This document shows, one piece after another, positions 60,620-64,000 of a stretch of DNA of 64,000 nt. The DNA lies in contig JBDRQI010000003.1 of NCBI GenBank assembly GCA_043826355.1, positions 1-64,000 of the forward strand, in the 5' to 3' direction. The position numbers and the translations under genes were made by a program. Every line of letters starts with the position of its first letter. Within the stretch, counting starts at the first letter, position 1. This DNA is from Candidatus Omnitrophota bacterium. Its GTDB lineage: Bacteria > Ratteibacteria > UBA8468 > MWAK01. The notes under the pieces are model-generated. The model did not search any database, had not been told where the DNA came from, and worked only from the letters and a program-made list of their open reading frames with translations.

Positions 60620-62293
60620 TCACATTCGTTCCGGCGCGTATACATTAAGCAAGAAAAGTCCTTTCTTTAAAACACTCGCTAAACCTGAAACCAGCGACAA
60701 CCGGGCCAGGGACAGGTTTGCATCGGGACCGACTATTTGGCAACGTTGGTAATACTGGTGGAAGGTTTTTACCAGCGCAAGAAGGTAAGTCAGCAGGATT
60801 TGCGGCTCCAAATTTTGCGCCGCCATTAGAACCGACGGGCCAAATCGGCTTAGCGTTAACATTAACTCCAACTCCTCCGGTTCCTGAAGTAAACTTAAAT
60901 CAATCTTTTCCGGGTCAAGGCTGACACCGGGCATCTTTTCCTGCTGATACCGGAAGATGGAGGTGATGCGCGCCGTCGCATACTGCAGGTAAAAAACGGG
61001 GTTTTCGGCGGAATCCTTTTTGGCCAGCTGCAGATCAAAATCAAGGTGGCTATTGGCTTTCCGGGAGAGAAAGAAAAACCTGGTCACGTCCGGGGACAAT
61101 TCTTCCGTTAAAACAGAAAGGGGTAAAAATTCTCCCCGGCGTGTTGACATTTTCAATTTTTCCTCACCCCGAAAGAGGGTTGTTAACTGAACAATAACAA
61201 TCTTGATTTTCTCCGGGTTAAAACCTAAAAAGGAAACGCCTGCTTTTAAACGGCTCATATAACCATAATGGTCCGGACCCCAAAGATTTATAATCAGGTC
61301 ATATCCTTTTTGAAACTTAACCCGATGGTACGCCAAATCCGGAGCCAGGTAAGTATACGAACCGTCTTTCTTGCGTAAAACCCGGTCTTTATCGTCACCG
61401 AAAGGAGTGGTCTTCAGGAAAAGAGCGCCTTCGGAAACATAGGTCACGCCCAACTTTTCCAAAATGCGTAGAGTTTCCAGAACCAGACCCTGTTCGGTCA
61501 ACTCACGCTGGCTCTGATACGAGTCAAAAACAACCCCGAAATTAAGCAAGTCGCGCTTGATAACTTTCAGAATTTCCTGTATTGCCGCCCGGCTAAAAAA
61601 TTCAGGCTCCTTCTCCTTTACGGCCGAGCCGAATTCCGATACCAGTTTCTGCGCGATGGAAACCAGGTATTCACCCTGGTAACCATCTTCCGAAATCCGC
61701 AGTTCTTCCCCGGAAAGCATCCGACAGCGAACCTTCAGGGATTCACCCAGAAGGTCGATTTGGCGGCCTTCGTCATTCAGGTAATATTCTTTGGTGACCT
61801 GGTAACCGCTGTGGGACAGGATTCGGCCGAGCGCCTCACCAAAAGCAGCCTGTCTTCCGTGGGCGATCGTCAGGGGTCCGGTCGGGTTTGCGCTTACAAA
61901 TTCCAATAAGACTTTTTTACCCTGACCAATATCTGCAACACCGGCTTCATTATTTTCAATAATTAACCTCAACTCCTCCTGCAACGCTTTCGGATTAAGG
62001 TGAAAATTCAGAAAAACAGGAAGAACAACGTCAATTTTTTTTATAAACAAACAACCCCGGTTTTTTAAAACTGTGCCCAGCGCATGGGAAAATTCCCGAA
62101 ACAATCTCTCCCGCGGCAGGGTAGAGGGTATCCGGCTCAGAATCGGAGTGCAGTACTCTCCGTATCCTCTTTCCCGGGGAATGGTAACGTCATTCTTTTG
62201 TACTAAATAATCTTGCGTAAAAATTTCCTTCCTGCGAAAAATATCAACCGTTTCCTGCAAAGCATCCGCCAGTTGTTGAATTATATCGGTCAT
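60620..62293 (-). CDS. argS: arginine--tRNA ligase
   Basis: EFVSANPTGP, DDKDRVL, WGPDH, KMSTRRG, YLQYA. Confidence 0.96.
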   Translation of the reverse strand: MTDIIQQLADALQETVDIFRRKEIFTQDYLVQKNDVTIPRERGYGEYCTPILSRIPSTLPRERLFREFSHALGTVLKNRGCLFIKKIDVVLPVFLNFHLNPKALQEELRLIIENNEAGVADIGQGKKVLLEFVSANPTGPLTIAHGRQAAFGEALGRILSHSGYQVTKEYYLNDEGRQIDLLGESLKVRCRMLSGEELRISEDGYQGEYLVSIAQKLVSEFGSAVKEKEPEFFSRAAIQEILKVIKRDLLNFGVVFDSYQSQRELTEQGLVLETLRILEKLGVTYVSEGALFLKTTPFGDDKDRVLRKKDGSYTYLAPDLAYHRVKFQKGYDLIINLWGPDHYGYMSRLKAGVSFLGFNPEKIKIVIVQLTTLFRGEEKLKMSTRRGEFLPLSVLTEELSPDVTRFFFLSRKANSHLDFDLQLAKKDSAENPVFYLQYATARITSIFRYQQEKMPGVSLDPEKIDLSLLQEPEELELMLTLSRFGPSVLMAAQNLEPQILLTYLLALVKTFHQYYQRCQIVGPDANLSLARLSLVSGLASVLKKGLFLLNVYAPERM

Positions 62294-62643
62294 AATTTCT
62301 TCGATTCCGTCTTTAAGCTGTCCAGGATCTCTTCCACTTTTTCCACCCGGAGCAGTTCTTCATCCAGGACGAATTCAATCTCCGGTTGAAAACGCAGGCG
62401 AAGATTGCGAGCCAGGGCGCGTTTTAGTGTCGGTTTGTTCTGCGTCAATATCTTTTCGGCCTGAATGCGTTCCACCTCGCTCCCGATGGAAGTAAAATAA
62501 ACCCTGGCGTTACGTAAATCCGCAGAGATGGTAACCTGGGTAATGTTTATCTTCCATCCTTCAGGGTCCGGTATTTCCTTTTGGAGAGATTCCGCCAGAA
62601 TGCGGTGAATTTTGCCGGCTACTCTTAACGGTCTGTGCTTCAT
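62290..62643 (-). CDS. rbfA: ribosome-binding factor A
   Basis: ITQVTISADLRNARVY, LRFQPEIEFVLD. Confidence 0.92.
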   Translation of the reverse strand: MKHRPLRVAGKIHRILAESLQKEIPDPEGWKINITQVTISADLRNARVYFTSIGSEVERIQAEKILTQNKPTLKRALARNLRLRFQPEIEFVLDEELLRVEKVEEILDSLKTESKKL

Positions 62644-62825
62644 TTTAATGCCAATTTAAAAACAGCCACAAAGTACGGCGAAAGTTATCAAGGATTTTAA
62701 ACCCTGCGCCTGTATGCCTTTTTTTGTTCTTCACTATGTGCCTCAATATCTTTGTGCCTAACTTATTTCCCTTTTGTTTGATTATTATAGTATAATTTAA
62801 GTGATTTTGACAAAAGAAAACGGCT

Positions 62826-64000
62826 ATGAAAAAAAGAATCCTAAGAGAGATAGCGGCTTTTGCATATGGCACCATCGGTCTTTTCTTAATCATCTCGCTG
62901 TTTTCTTACTCGGCCTTTGACCCCACTTTTTCCTTCTTCACCAACTATCCGGTCAGCTTCGCGCCCCAGAACCTGGGAGGTTACGCCGGTTCGTTTCTGG
63001 CCGGTTTTCTCCTGAATATCTTTGGTTGGCCGGCCTTTCTTTTTCCGATTGCCCTATTCTTTTACGCCTATCAAACCTATCAAAAAGAAGAAGTTGTTCC
63101 GCCGGAACGGGTCGTCTTCGTCTGTCTCGCGGTAATTATTGCCGGCGGGCTTCTGGGTCATCTTGCCGATCCGGTGATTTTGGAAAACTTGACACCGTCC
63201 GGAAGAAACTTTGCCTCTTTTCCGGCCGGCGGAATTCTGGGTTATTTTCTGGCCGAACACGGGAGAAACCTCTTTGGAAAAACCGGCCTGGTAATTATTC
63301 TTCTGGCGGCTTTAATTGTTCTGCTTTCCGTAACCTTCAACATCCCTCTTTCCCGATTCAAACGGAAATTTCAATTCGAAAGCACCATCCGGCCAGCAAT
63401 AAAAAAAGAGGGTTTAATAGAAAAAGAACCGGTTTTTGTGCCGGCGACAAAACTGGAAGCGCCGAAGGTCAATCCGTCAAAAATACGCGCCCGGAAGGAA
63501 CGTGACAAAAAGCGGGAGGAAACGCCGACCGCCATAACGCCTGTTTCCACCATCTTCACCCTGCCAACCCCGGACATTCTTTCTCCGGTTGTTTCCGAAG
63601 AACAGGCCAATCTTGACCTTGACCGTTATCGGAGCGTAATTGAAGATACTATCGCGGATTTTGGAATTATGGTAAAAGTAGTGGAATGCAACCAGGGACC
63701 CACCATCACGATGTTTGAACTGGAACTTTCGCCCGGGGTCATGCCGCAGCGCATCGTCAGCCTTTCTGATAATCTGGCAATGGCTTTGCGGGCAACCAGC
63801 GTACGCGTAGTGCCGCTGCCCGGAAAATCTACCCTGGGCGTAGAGGTCCCCAACCCTAAAATGTCCATCGTCCAAATATCGGAAATAATCACCGCGCCGG
63901 AGTTCGTCCAGCACCGTTCCAAACTGGCCCTGGCCCTGGGAAAAGATACGCTTGGCCGGCCGCTGGTCGCGGATCTGCGCAATATGCCCCATCTTTTGAT
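62826..64000 (+). CDS. ftsK: DNA translocase FtsK, 5' part (runs off window)
   Basis: own translation from ATG 62826: 4TM domain (SYSAFDP, NLGGYAG), then GPTITMFE, LGVEVPN, LGKD..G, DLRNMPHLL; absent from the ORF track because no stop in window. Confidence 0.95.
   Translation, partial: MKKRILREIAAFAYGTIGLFLIISLFSYSAFDPTFSFFTNYPVSFAPQNLGGYAGSFLAGFLLNIFGWPAFLFPIALFFYAYQTYQKEEVVPPERVVFVCLAVIIAGGLLGHLADPVILENLTPSGRNFASFPAGGILGYFLAEHGRNLFGKTGLVIILLAALIVLLSVTFNIPLSRFKRKFQFESTIRPAIKKEGLIEKEPVFVPATKLEAPKVNPSKIRARKERDKKREETPTAITPVSTIFTLPTPDILSPVVSEEQANLDLDRYRSVIEDTIADFGIMVKVVECNQGPTITMFELELSPGVMPQRIVSLSDNLAMALRATSVRVVPLPGKSTLGVEVPNPKMSIVQISEIITAPEFVQHRSKLALALGKDTLGRPLVADLRNMPHLL

Noticed and set aside
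62645..63992. ORF-track entries in the last 1.4 kb
   Set aside because: They are explained by the intergenic spacer and the open ftsK frame starting at 62826.

Overview
Bacterial chromosome window, mostly housekeeping genes. The gene mix suggests an anaerobic PVC-type lineage such as Omnitrophota or Ratteibacteria; this is inference only, from tandem URO-D paralogues, a pilB-pilT-pilB-pilC-pseudopilin cluster, LPS genes and MEP-pathway genes. Genes run mostly + from 1 to 36.5 kb (phasin-like/ubiB, URO-D pair, stand-alone 5S rRNA, divergent EF-G, yebC-ruvCAB-lptB-uppS-dxr-pabB-rseP-ispG-recX-alaS-sigma-apt, rpsF-ssb-rpsR-rplI-dnaB-ispD-queDCE, aminopeptidase, GH2 beta-galactosidase). They run - from 36.5 to 62.6 kb (tilS to rbfA, including a T2SS/T4P-like cluster), followed by a partial ftsK. 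No transposase, integrase or CRISPR is visible. The unusual signal lies outside the ORF track. (1) The beta-galactosidase gene sits between two copies of the aminopeptidase 3' end, and the second copy is split after TTTAC by a 43-nt IS200/IS605-end-like hairpin. (2) REP-like palindromes are inserted in frame in pabB, ispG, tilS and cysS, and supply the stop codons of several genes. (3) A two-copy structured element shows compensatory base changes. (4) Several cargo-free, sometimes nested, inverted tandem-repeat cassettes sit at operon junctions. (5) A multi-hairpin IS605-derived miniature element is wedged between alaS and a sigma factor gene. (6) The GspK-like gene is frameshifted. All calls were made by eye.
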